Below are positions 44,001 to 54,594 of a stretch of DNA of 64,000 nucleotides, in pieces. Below the pieces are notes generated by a model. It saw only the letters and a program-made list of their open reading frames with translations. It had not been told where the DNA came from and did no database searches. A program made the translations under genes and the position numbers. Each line of letters starts with the position of its first letter. Within the stretch, counting starts at the first letter, position 1. The DNA comes from Tubiluchus corallicola (taxonomy: Eukaryota; Animalia; Priapulida), in NCBI GenBank assembly GCA_030141605.1, contig JAQGDQ010000049.1:558001-622000 (forward strand). Direction: 5' to 3'.

Positions 44001-47000
44001 AAAACGTTCTCCCAAACTAACTTTCGTAGGCCTTCGTTTTGGTAGAGGCGTAGGTAAAATCTGCCCCCCCCAAAACACAACGGAGCGTGGCTTAGATATT
44101 TTTCTACACGGTGCTCAAACAATGAGGAGAAAATTTTGAAGTTTTCACTTGGCATTCCTAAAGAACACCATGTAGAAAAAACATCCTAGCTGCACTCAGT
44201 GGAGGTCTTAGAGGAGAGACAATTCTATAATTCTCTGGAAAGAAGAGAATAATGTGGGTCACTTTTATTCATGCCTGTACAGGAATGAAGGGTTATGAAC
44301 TTCTTTGGGATTTTTTTCTAGATGGCGCAATACGTTTCTATGACTTTGAATATGAAAGAAATTTTTTACATAAAGCAAATATAAGACTTTATATTGCAAG
44401 ATAATCCTCCCTATGCAGCATGTGTAACACTTTCAAAAAATATTTATATTATTTCAGTTACTAAGGAGATGCTGCATGGATATGGACTGCTGCTGCTGGA
44501 ACACGTGCAGGTAAAGATCACCTTGAAGCATCCTCATAGAGGTGATGTTCAGGTGAAACTTATCTGCCCTAGTGGGACATCATCGGTTGTTGGTGCTTAC
44601 AGAGATAAAGACAAGTATGTAATCATCTCCATTGAATATTTTTTCAACTAATATGCTTTGTGATGCAGAGATGTCAACCTCTGATTGCAGATTGGTTGGT
44701 TATTTGAATGATGGATAGAATAGCTGACTACTGAGTGGTTAGTTCACAAAGTAATTCTTGAATGATTGATTGGTGAGTGAACTAGTTAGCTAAGTAATTA
44801 CTTTTTAAGATGAATCGCACCCATATTGTTCAGTTTAATCAAATCTGAGCAATTGTTTGCATTTTTGTCCATTTCTTAGTTCCTGTAATATTAAAAGGAT
44901 GTCTCAAAATTCACTATACACATAACCACTCATTAAGTCATTAGGCCTAAGTTATTAGTCACTACATACTATTATATTCTTAATGATCTGTGAAAGTTTA
45001 CTGCCACAAAAATGTAACAAAAGTTCACACATTATTTATTATTATTATTCTAGATTTAAATCAATACATAAAGTACTATATAAAACAAATAACTGATGCA
45101 GATTAAACTATATAAAACTATATACACAAGATAAAAAACTGTACAAATTGAGCACAGGTTAGTTTAAATAATAAACGAAGAGCTTAGTAATGAGTTCCAA
45201 TATTGGAAGTACAATGACTTATACCGAATATCGGTATCAGTTATGCTAGATAAAATCACATTACTGCTATTTGAAATTCTATTTTATAAAAACACATTTT
45301 TTGCAGTACAACCTTAAAATGATCAATATGATTGTTGGCACATCTTACAGACACATGTATACCGTATTCGTAGTAAAAAACTTTCAGAGTGCAATATTGT
45401 TGGAAGTGCGAAGTTTTGCTAAACTGCCGAGTTCATACTATTATTTGTAGTTTGCCATTTTTGTACTGTAAAATGTCAAGTCTATTTTTTTTCAAATTCT
45501 TTTTAAGCACTGCATGAATCAGAAACAGTTTTGGAGAATTTGTTTTGTATTTAGTTTTAATTGGGTCACTATAATGTAATTAGCGTGACAAAGTTTCTGA
45601 TTGCAAGATTTCCCTACCTGGTGGATTGGTTTTTGAATTCCTCTAGAGTGGAATGCCTCAATTTGACAAATTTGGCTCTCTGTGATTATTTATAAGATTA
45701 TACATCATCAAGAACAAGTTTATGCAACTGGATTAGAACCCTTTATGATTGACATAATGGTTTAGTGATTGCTGTGCAAACATTTAACTTGAAAAAAAAT
45801 TTCCTGTTGCTAGAAATGCATGTGTTAATTGCTGAAGTGTTTTAAAGAAGGTGACACATATGTAGAAACCTACCACTACCAGTGCAGTAGTTTTTTTCAG
45901 GTTTTCATCTAATTTTACAAACAGGATTTTCAAAAGTTTTAGTTTCTCTGTGCTTATTTTCAAACATTTTGCTTTGTCTGTTTTAAAATGTTAGACGTAT
46001 GCTGTGACCTTTGCGAAACTCTCGCATTTTCACGTAATTGACTTGGCAGTTTTAACACCTGAATTATTGTAAAGTGACTGATGTTACGCTAATGACATTA
46101 CAGTTCGACAATGGGCTTCACTGCTTGGCTGTTTTCAACTGTGAGATGTTGGGGAGAGAAGCCGACTGGGATATGGAGGATACTTGTAACAGACAGAGGT
46201 CAGTATTTCTTATCATTCAGTTCAAAGTATTAGTTGAAAGCATGGACAGTATCATAATTTGTTTAATAAAACTTATTCAGGTTTATATTTTTATGGAAGA
46301 TGTAGTTTCGTCAAGCTCAAAAGAGAAAGCTATAGGTAGGTAACTTAAGAAAATTATGATATTGTGTGCTTTCAACCACTAATTTTACCCACATACCAAA
46401 CAAGAGTCAGTGACGCACGCAATTTCTACAGTAGTGTAAAACTCCTATAACCTCACCACTACAAATTTTTAGGCCTAAAACTTTATTGATAAATGTTTAA
46501 AAATGCAAAACAGTTTCGCGCTTTCAGCAAAGTTTTTGAACACTGTCCCTAGCCATAAACAGGACTCATGAAAGTGATGCCATCTATCAACAATGGCCTT
46601 GCATGAGTTCGCCAAATGACGCGCTATTCGTATTTTCTTACTACATAATACTTATTTACAATGCCATGCAAAATAAACAGCAGAGCTGCCCTGCACAATG
46701 TTGAGAGATATATATTTACCTGAATTTTCTTTAAATGATCTTAATAAAAGATTAGTGACATTGAATTTAAAACATAACATAGAGAACTTATTAATAATAT
46801 ACAAATGAAAATATTAATGTTTGGCCACTTTTAGGTAGACATAATAATTAAACATAACATCTAATTTACAGCTGTACAGAGGAATAGTACAGGAACATTA
46901 GTGAGTTGGCAACTTATTCTTTATGGAACTCCTATGACTGCAGCTCAATTCCACAAACGAAAGCGGTGAGTATTTCCACAAAAAAATCCTTTTTAGATTT

Positions 47001-50000
47001 TTTCTTATAGCTTAGTGCCATCTCAGTATTGCATTGTTTAACTGAAATATTAAATAGTCTGACAAATTAGTTTTATAAACTGAAATATTATTTATTTGAA
47101 ATGTTTTATAACATATCAGTTAATTAAACTATTCAATTTAAAGATAAAAGTTATTTGATCAACCAGCAAACCCAAATGATTAAAGAATCCTATTAAATCT
47201 TTGCTTAATTTCAACATTGCCAACTGGTTGTTTGCTAATGTATAAAATCTTAGTAGTGTTGCCATACGTAGGTGATTTTTAACACGGCCGTCTGTCAGTA
47301 CTATTTTGATAATCTAATTCATGATCGTCTAGTGATGAATGAATAACCTCTGCATATTTAGACGGGTTGGGTTGATTAGTTCAGTGGTCACAGCGTGTGC
47401 TTAGTAACTAAAGTTAAGCAGCCCTGGGCTCAATCAAGAAATGGAAGGGTGATCACCATACAAAGTACTACTGTGCAGTTTCTTTTGCCATGCTTATTAC
47501 TGCCAGTTTACTTTATTAAGTGAGAATGCATATGCAACTGAACGTGGCTAGCAAATCAACCGATCTAAGAGCTTTATGTAATGCTGTATAAAGAGGAGAC
47601 TCTTGAGGCAGTCTTAGTGCATACCCAATCAAATGCAATCTTCTTACTTATATTTGTTTACTAATATTATTCATCTGATATTATTATTACTCGTATTTAT
47701 TTATTTGTTTATCAGTAATACTGCGTGTATTTTCTGAGAACTTTGGTCAATTTTATTATTGATTTTCAATTCAATTTACTATATTGAATCAGAGTTAAAA
47801 CATTTGAAGTGCATTCTCAGGAAAATAAGCACGTTCAGAGGTGCTTTACAATAATTCACATTAAAAGCGATGGACATTTATACTAAAAACAGCATACATG
47901 TGACTGTATGTCAGAATTCACCAATCAAAATTAAAATTTAACAATCACAATTCTTCACTTGTTATAATGGTCTAAATAAAATTCAACATGTAGTATTACA
48001 TCAACTATAAAATTCAACTTCTATCCAATTGGCAATTACTTTAAACTTAAATTTATTATTAATAAAAAACTTAGTAGCTATTAAAGTAGTAAGCGTCATC
48101 AATAATTTTTTACAGCAAAATTATACCCTAGATCTATATTGGGTTCATAATCTTATAAGAATAATAAAAAGCTTTGTGCACATTGTAGTCCCAGTGGCGC
48201 CTTCTGTAGGTGACTTCTGTTTTACTCTTCTATAGGTTCTTTTAGAACACATTCACTGTGTTTGCATAAGTCCGGATGAATACTTTTAATCTACTGCTAA
48301 ATATAACTCCTGTTGCTTCTTTGTTAAAGGAACAGGCCAAGGTTCTCGAGATGTTGAGCTTATTTGAGGAAAATAAAAATGTAATTGTGTAGTTTTGAAC
48401 AAAAAATGATGCGATATTTATATTGCATAAACACTTATCCCGACAGGCAATTACAATTTTCAACTGTTTACAATCCAAAATGTTAAATGAGAGATTATTA
48501 ATACTATTTGTTTTGCTTTTTGGTGAATCCTATTGCCCACTATGTAATGAAAACCAGTTTACTGATGATAATATAATAATCTCCAACTGGGCTAGTTACC
48601 CCAACAAAGTAACAGAATAATTATTTTAAACAAGCTAAAACTGAACTTTGTAGCCAATAAGTGACCCACCCAGCACTTGCTATATGCTCTCAGCTTTGCA
48701 GAATTCCATGCTTACATGTAACTAGCACAATCTGGTGGACTAAAGCTAGTAAGCACTTTAAAGTTGTTTGCAATTTATCCGATGACTAATTTTTACATAA
48801 ATGTAGTTAAACGCAAAGATTTAATCAGCTAGAATAGCAGAACTTCTGATGAACTGCAGAAGTTTTGTAATGCATCCCTTTGTGCTGTCCACCTGCTTAC
48901 ATCATTTTATTCAAATGTTCCTGCAGCGAGGTTTGTTTGGCGGGAGATAAGAATGATTTAATTTTCTTTTGCGCTTTTAAGCAAGTCATTTTATACACGT
49001 ATATATTGTGTTTATTTCAATATTTCCAAGTATGTATTAAAATACAATGACTGTTGTTCGAGAGTAGTTAGTTTTTCTTTTAATTTGTGTGGCATCATAT
49101 AACACTTACTAGGTTATCCTATTGTGCTGCATCTGGCAATTTCTGTTATCATTCACTGTATCAGTTTACAATACGATGCCTCTTTATGCGCTGCAGCCAT
49201 ATTAACCGTAAACACAATACCCAAGTTTGTAATCATGAGATGCGGCATTTATGTTCCAACTTATGGCTTCTGCTAATACCTTAGTTCATGTGACTTTAAT
49301 ATTCTCTTATTGTAAGCTAGTTTTTCTTCAGCATTTTCGCTTGCTGAAATGTGGAAGTTTTTTCTTTCAGATTAGTGGATGATGCTGTGAGTGGATATTA
49401 CTTGGAGAACAATGTTTCTCTGTCTTGTCAACCTCCTCAAGAAAAATACCTTGCCTTTTCTCCAATACAAGAACGCATCCTAAAGGTAAGCTGACAACAG
49501 ATTTCAAAGTCTGTACGTGTTTTTTGGCTGTCATTTATGCTTAGTGCATGATGCGTAGAGTTACGTAGCATCAGCTTTGTTGACTTTCTCCAGTGCGGAG
49601 TTTGACATTTTGGTAATTCAACTATTGCTATACCAGATAAAGTACTTAGAATAGCTGTAGAGGTACAATCTGAGCCCATTTGTTAGCTTACATTTTTTTT
49701 CCTTCTGTAGTTTCAACCTTATTGTGAAGTTCTGTAATTAATCTTATGACATTTAGTTAAATACATAAAAATGAATTCTAATGTGTTATTGATCTTTACT
49801 GATGATGAATGTGTACCAACCGAAATGAGTTAAAAGATTTCTTGAGCATGGCTTAGTGGTTAATCGAGCACACTTTTATACTGATCGGCTGGGATTGCTC
49901 ACAATGTTACTGTGCCTCCATTATTTTGTTGTTTAAATGTGAAATCTCCTGTTTAGAGAAATAGGAGCTAATTTGGGAATAATAACTATTTCAAATCTTT

Positions 50001-51327
50001 ACGGAGTTTGACGGAGGGATGCAATGCACTACTGTAAACTTGCTTCTTGGTAGAATAATTTCTTTTGCTTCTTCTTATTTCTGATGAGTCAAAGTTTGTG
50101 TTTTAGATTTTGACTCTTACTGGCTTGATGATTGTTGCCATGGCAATCTATGAAACTTTGGAGTACTTGTGCTGTTATAAAGAAGAGAAGATAAAAACAG
50201 AAAAACTATTGCTTCGTGAGGGAGCTCTCACTGCTCATGTAAGTTTGCAGAATCATTTTTTGCACACAGCTTTATGTATACTGAATGTATAGTACAGCTG
50301 TGTGCATAGTATGTATGATATTGATAGATTCTCTTCTACATCTAAAATTGAGTAAAATTCATTTAGTCGGCTAGCCGGTGGGGTGAACCTTGCATTTTCG
50401 AGGTAAGTTTTTTCTCAGTGGTTTTCTCAGGTTCTGATGGTCCTCTTTAAGAATACTGAGAGTGCCCTTCTGTCACCTTTGAGTAATTTGAGATATTGGT
50501 CCAAACGTGTTACATTAGAGAAGTACGTACTATAACAAACCGAAACTGACATGATCATGCAAATGGAAACACCAAGTAAAGCAAGGCTAATATTGTTATC
50601 CTCAATGACATTTAAACGAATAAAAAATTATCAAATTTTTATATACTCTACGAAAATTGTGTTTGAGAATGACACCAAAATCTTTCAATTAGGTCCTTAC
50701 AATTGCTTTTTCTCAATGGTTCATATGTTATTCCTTTCTTAATCTACTATGTTTAATTTTGCATCACTTTTATAAATCAGTAGGAAATAATTAGTAGGGA
50801 ATAATTAGTGGGAATAAAAATAGTAGGAATTGGAAGATTTCATCAATATTCCAATAACTATGTTACCGCTTTCATACAGTCCACTTCTTACTTTGACTTC
50901 ATCGCATTATTAAATTGCAGACTTTGTTTGTTCATTATTACATTCAAGGAATGTGATGCAAAATTGATATTCACATGCTTCTTTCAATGTAACACTTTTA
51001 GTCAAACATCTCAAAATGCTAAATGTGACAAAGGGCTACCCTTAATAGTCTTGGAGGGACTATGAGAACATGAAAAACCTGCTGAGAAAAAAATTACCCA
51101 GAAAATACAAGGTTTAGCCAAAAAATGGCTTTTGGCTGCTGAACTAATTGCAGTAATGTCTTATATGTACTTTTGTTATGACATCTAATGAAGTTATTTT
51201 ATTTTAGTCAAGGGTTTTTGATAGCGGAAGTGAAGTTGGTGCTACTGAAACTGAACACTTGCTTGGTGAAGCTATTCCGCTGCACTCCTTGAGTCCCCAT
51301 ACTGTTAATAATTTTTCAAGTGACTGA
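25863..51327 (+). CDS. PCSK7: Proprotein convertase subtilisin/kexin type 7 (PC7), 16 coding exons, 807 aa
   Basis: Coding exons sum to 2424 nt in frame. Signal peptide, prodomain ending RTRHPR|SLEFQDP, S8 triad ([20 protein letters not shown]), oxyanion SGNGG, P-domain, TM and cytosolic tail. PC7-type strings: [37 protein letters not shown]. Confidence 0.94.
26850..26946 (+). CDS. PCSK7: PCSK7 exon: catalytic Asp
   Basis: [33 protein letters not shown]. Confidence 0.93.
27676..27777 (+). CDS. PCSK7: PCSK7 exon
   Basis: [34 protein letters not shown]. Confidence 0.92.
27872..28130. repeat. Compound pentanucleotide array (CTACA, TGCTG, TGCTA, GCTAG, TACTG)
   Basis: Directly visible 5-bp periodicity with drifting unit. 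Confidence 0.92.
28457..28552 (+). CDS. PCSK7: PCSK7 exon: catalytic His
   Basis: [32 protein letters not shown]. Confidence 0.94.
29924..30014 (+). CDS. PCSK7: PCSK7 exon
   Basis: [30 protein letters not shown]. Confidence 0.93.
31437..31630 (+). CDS. PCSK7: PCSK7 exon: oxyanion Asn
   Basis: [65 protein letters not shown]. Confidence 0.95.
31775..32460. mobile_element. TTAA-flanked non-autonomous DNA element (Kolobok-like), family A, inverted copy
   Basis: ttaa|aggacaaaaaaggg...gggttttcttgcact|ttaa; both ends align with the reverse complement of 7147-7668. Confidence 0.7.
34440..34565. repeat. ~45-bp tandem repeat x3 just upstream of a PCSK7 acceptor
   Basis: agagtgatcaccagttactgaaagtgcttacttggtacgaattc and two variants. 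Confidence 0.75.
34586..34683 (+). CDS. PCSK7: PCSK7 exon
   Basis: [33 protein letters not shown]|gtaag. Confidence 0.94.
35088..35255 (+). CDS. PCSK7: PCSK7 exon: catalytic Ser
   Basis: [56 protein letters not shown]. Confidence 0.95.
35336..35341 (-). terminator. Candidate polyadenylation signal of the nested Gly-rich gene
   Basis: tttatt on + = AATAAA on -, about 150 nt after the stop codon. Confidence 0.5.
35494..36404 (-). CDS. Secreted Gly/Tyr/His-rich repeat protein (237 aa), nested antisense in a PCSK7 intron
   Basis: Exon 36404-36363 ([14 protein letters not shown]|gtaagt) splices in phase 0 to ttcag|36165-35494 ([20 protein letters not shown]...). About 9 GGYGGG(H/L)GAGY repeats, then GGY/GGH repeats and a unique tail ...[29 protein letters not shown] on minus strand at 35341-35336. 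Confidence 0.88.
39388..39495 (+). CDS. PCSK7: PCSK7 exon
   Basis: [36 protein letters not shown]. Confidence 0.94.
39560..39870 (+). mobile_element. L2-type LINE ORF2 3' remnant
   Basis: [26 protein letters not shown] ... [17 protein letters not shown], frameshifted. Confidence 0.7.
40791..41076 (+). mobile_element. tRNA-derived SINE, full length, (ATT)n tail
   Basis: A box tagtctagtgg, B box gagttcgaacc, central ataccaaagactttaaaaatgatacctgctgttgccctgc, aataaa plus (att)n tail; second copy at 23461-23715. Confidence 0.85.
41831..41933 (+). CDS. PCSK7: PCSK7 exon: catalytic to P-domain linker
   Basis: [34 protein letters not shown]. Confidence 0.88.
42415..42600. repeat. Pentanucleotide array (GGATA/GGGAT/GGTAA)
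   Basis: Directly visible. Confidence 0.9.
42706..42893. repeat. Long fold-back inverted repeat (MITE-like)
   Basis: Perfect 22-bp core 42738-42759 / 42841-42862 within ~75-bp imperfect arms. Confidence 0.8.
43004..43350 (-). mobile_element. Rex1/Babar-type LINE 3' remnant
   Basis: [38 protein letters not shown] fits the HP..F..LPSG...T.RF.NSF.P.AI tail pattern. Confidence 0.55.
44458..44614 (+). CDS. PCSK7: PCSK7 exon: P-domain
   Basis: [52 protein letters not shown]. Confidence 0.93.
46104..46198 (+). CDS. PCSK7: PCSK7 exon: P-domain
   Basis: [32 protein letters not shown]. Confidence 0.93.
46872..46965 (+). CDS. PCSK7: PCSK7 exon: P-domain end
   Basis: [32 protein letters not shown]|gtgag. 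Confidence 0.9.
49371..49485 (+). CDS. PCSK7: PCSK7 exon: luminal stalk
   Basis: [38 protein letters not shown]|gtaag; resembles the PC7 AMSGKYL...LPC segment. Confidence 0.88.
50107..50238 (+). CDS. PCSK7: PCSK7 exon: transmembrane helix and juxtamembrane CC
   Basis: [44 protein letters not shown]|gtaag. Confidence 0.85.
50381..51119. mobile_element. Element bounded by ~65-bp imperfect inverted arms
   Basis: ggtgaaccttgcattttcgaggtaagttttttctcag... versus ...ctgagaaaaaaattacccagaaaatacaaggtttagcc. Confidence 0.55.
51208..51327 (+). CDS. PCSK7: PCSK7 terminal exon: cytosolic tail
   Basis: ag|[39 protein letters not shown]; phase 0 fits previous exon. Confidence 0.75.
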   Translation, partial: SRVFDSGSEVGATETEHLLGEAIPLHSLSPHTVNNFSSD

Positions 51328-53690
51328 GATGTTTGTAAACTTATGAAGATAACCAACAATTTTCACAATCATTAAGTTGAGAGATAGCACGTTTGTTTCT
51401 TTCATTGATCTGTGATAGAAAGTTATGCAAATATACTTTAGTTACTTAATTGAATCTACCATTGTGATACAGGTGATTTTTATATCTTTACACTCTCTGC
51501 ATGTTGTTGCGAATTATGTGTGCACAGATTGATGGCATTACGCTGATATTTATGCGTGTAATGCATATGGGATACGTAAAAACATGATTGTACAGTGCAT
51601 ATTCGTGATACTAGATTGTATTTAATTATCTCTACCATTCCTCATTAATCAAAAACTTTGCTGCATTTTGATATCATGATAGACTGTGAATGTGATATAT
51701 TTATACACTATTGCAACTTTCTATAGTAGCCTCAGAAATTTGTATTCTGGACAGATGTGTAAAGACACATTAATTGTGATGTAAAGAAAAAGAAAAAACT
51801 GGTGTGTTTGCCGTTTTGCATGTTTGTATACTATATGTATCACATCACTGAGTCCATACATTTGTATCTGCATATATGTATTTTACGCTTGAGATTTCAA
51901 CTATCTGTAACAGCTAGAACACAAAAAATGACAACAGTGCATATTGGATTTTGTTTTGCTTATTACGTCGAATCATCATTATCATATGCCTAATATGCCA
52001 GTCTATTGTAGACTTTAGACAGGCAGAGTTCTAAAATAGAAGAATTCTGCCTTCAAGACAGGTAAACACAGCGGTAACCCCTAAAAAGCTAGGCATTACT
52101 AAGCCAGCGGCTTGTTGGCACGTATTCTGACACAGATGTTTTTATCATTTGTGAACAATTTAACGAAACATGTAGCTAGTATCGAGGAACTGTACTCAGT
52201 GGAGCTAATAAAAAACTACTTCTTTAATAATCATCCATCCACATAACAATCAAGCTTAGCACTGCCTAACTTCTGGAAAATGCTAAGCTAAGTACATACC
52301 ATGACCACTATTCCTTTTGCCCTATTGTTATGACATCTGTTGTAGTTTGTTACTTTCAAAACTAAGGTAAAAAATTTTAGCAAAGTGCTTATGCCAAATG
52401 ATAAGTCAAAGGTTTGCAATTTGAAGTGCCAGGTATTTTTCTATGAAAAGAGCAGTATTAATACAGGGACCAATCTTGCTTTAGTGATATAATTTTGTAA
52501 TAAATTGCTACTTATTTTAAAAAGTGCAAAACTGAAACGTATTGATGGCTGATGAGTCGCAGTTGTATGGTACATGCAAGATTCAGGTACAAAGCCAAAA
52601 AACTTGATCTGATATGTTACCGAACAGGTTATCAATAAATTGATCATAAATATTTTACAAATGACTGATTGACTTGCTGATTTAATTTCCTTTTCCGAGT
52701 TGCAATGCTATTGAATATTGTAAGGAAGAATGTGCTATATCACTTCGGTAACATGGTTTTTGGTCATATATAAATAATACAGAATCATTTTACTTTTAGA
52801 ACTTCTGTAACAATTCTCTTAGTTTTGCTGGACTATTGTGCAGTCACCAGTTCTTTAATAATGGTAATTTTCTAATAAGATGTTCTCATAATTTTATCAA
52901 TGTAGATTATATTGCAAAAAATCACACAGGATATTTCTAATATTTTGAACAATCAGCAGTAGCTTCTTAATAGTGTATGGTGTACGTTATTTATATGTTT
53001 CTTCTCTACACATAAAATTGACCATAAGCATAGACAACATTAAACTAAAGAAGTATTAAATGAAGTGTTTGGATTATATGATCTTGAATTTTTATTTTAT
53101 AACAGAGCATAGTAAGACTGGTCAAAATCATTTGTAACGTTTATGTCATGAATTACTTGCTGTAAGTTTTAAATTTATTAACCTTTCCTACTTCTTTGTT
53201 TTTACACCTTTTGCACTTTTTTTATACAATAATGGATTCTGCAAGCAGGACCATTGCGTTAGGACCTATTCAATATATATAAACAGTTGTGGCTAAAATT
53301 CATTATATGACTGGAATCTATTTCAAGTCAATTCAATTCAGTCAATTTATTTTTTCAACGTTCGTTTTACGGACATGTGCAATTTATACATGTAGTACAA
53401 ATTGGTGAACAGTTTCAGTAATATAGGTGAGTAGGAGCGTATATACGACAGACCCATTGGTCACTAGCTCAGCTGCTCATTTTTAAGAAAAGATTTTTTA
53501 ATAGGCGCAAAACTTTATGTGATAAGTAAGATAATGTCCTGTAGTCCATGTCCAATGAACTAAAGACACTTTGATTTTACTAGTAATTACTAATTTAAAA
53601 AATTACGATGAACAATTGCGGAATATTGAAGTACTAAATTACAATATTTTGATTACAGTTAAAGCAATATTAACAGATTACAACTAATTT

Positions 53691-54594
53691 ATAGATCCAT
53701 TTGAACCCGAGGTGTTAACCACCTGAGCTATGGATCCACTTGAACCCTAGGTGTTAACCATCTGAGCTATGGATCCACTTGAACCCGAGGCATTAACCTT
53801 CTAAGTTTTGGATCCACTTGAATACCAGGCGTTAACCACCTGAGCTATGGATCCACTTGAACCCTAGGCATTAACCACCTGAGCTATGGATCCACTTGAA
53901 GACGAGGTGTTAACCACCTGAGCTATGGATCCACTTGAAGACGAAGTGTTAACCATCTGAGCTATGGATCCACTTGAACCCGAGGCATTAACCTTCTGAG
54001 TTTTGGATCCACTTGAACACCAGGTGTTAACCACCTCAGCTATGGATCCATTTGAACCCGAAGCATTAGCCTCCTGAGCTATGGATCCACTTGAACCTGA
54101 GATGTTAACCGCCTGAGCTATGGATCCATTTCAACCCGAGGTGTTAACCACCTGAGCTATGGATCCACTTGAACTCGACATGTTAATCGCCTGAGCTATG
54201 GATCCACTTGAACGCGAGGCAATAACACCTGAGCTATGGATCCACTTGAACTCGACATGTTAACCACCGGAGCAATAGATCCACTTGAACTCGACATGTT
54301 AATCACCTGAGCTATGGATCCACTTGAACGCGAGGCAATAACACCTGAGCTATGGATCCACTTGAACTCGACATGTTAACCACCTGAGCAATAGATCCAC
54401 TTGAACTCGACATGTTAATCGCCTGAGCTATGGATCCACTTGAACGCGAGGCAATAACACCTGAGCTATGGATCCACTTGAACTCGACATGTTAACCACC
54501 TGAGCTATAGATCCGCTTGAACTCGACATGTTAATCACCTGAGCTATGGATCCTCTTGAACGCGAGGCAATAACCACCTGAGTTATGGATCCAC
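53691..54594. repeat. 39-bp minisatellite, roughly 23 copies
   Basis: Unit tgagctatggatccacttgaacccgaggtgttaaccacc, with a BamHI site in most copies. Confidence 0.95.

Noticed and set aside
53691-54594. CRISPR-like array (constant ctgagctatggatccacttgaa plus variable part)
   Set aside because: The variable parts are point variants of one 17-bp sequence, not unique spacers; no cas genes; eukaryotic context. The 13-codon minus frame (VVNTSGSSGSIAQ) is broken by TAG stops and 38-bp units.
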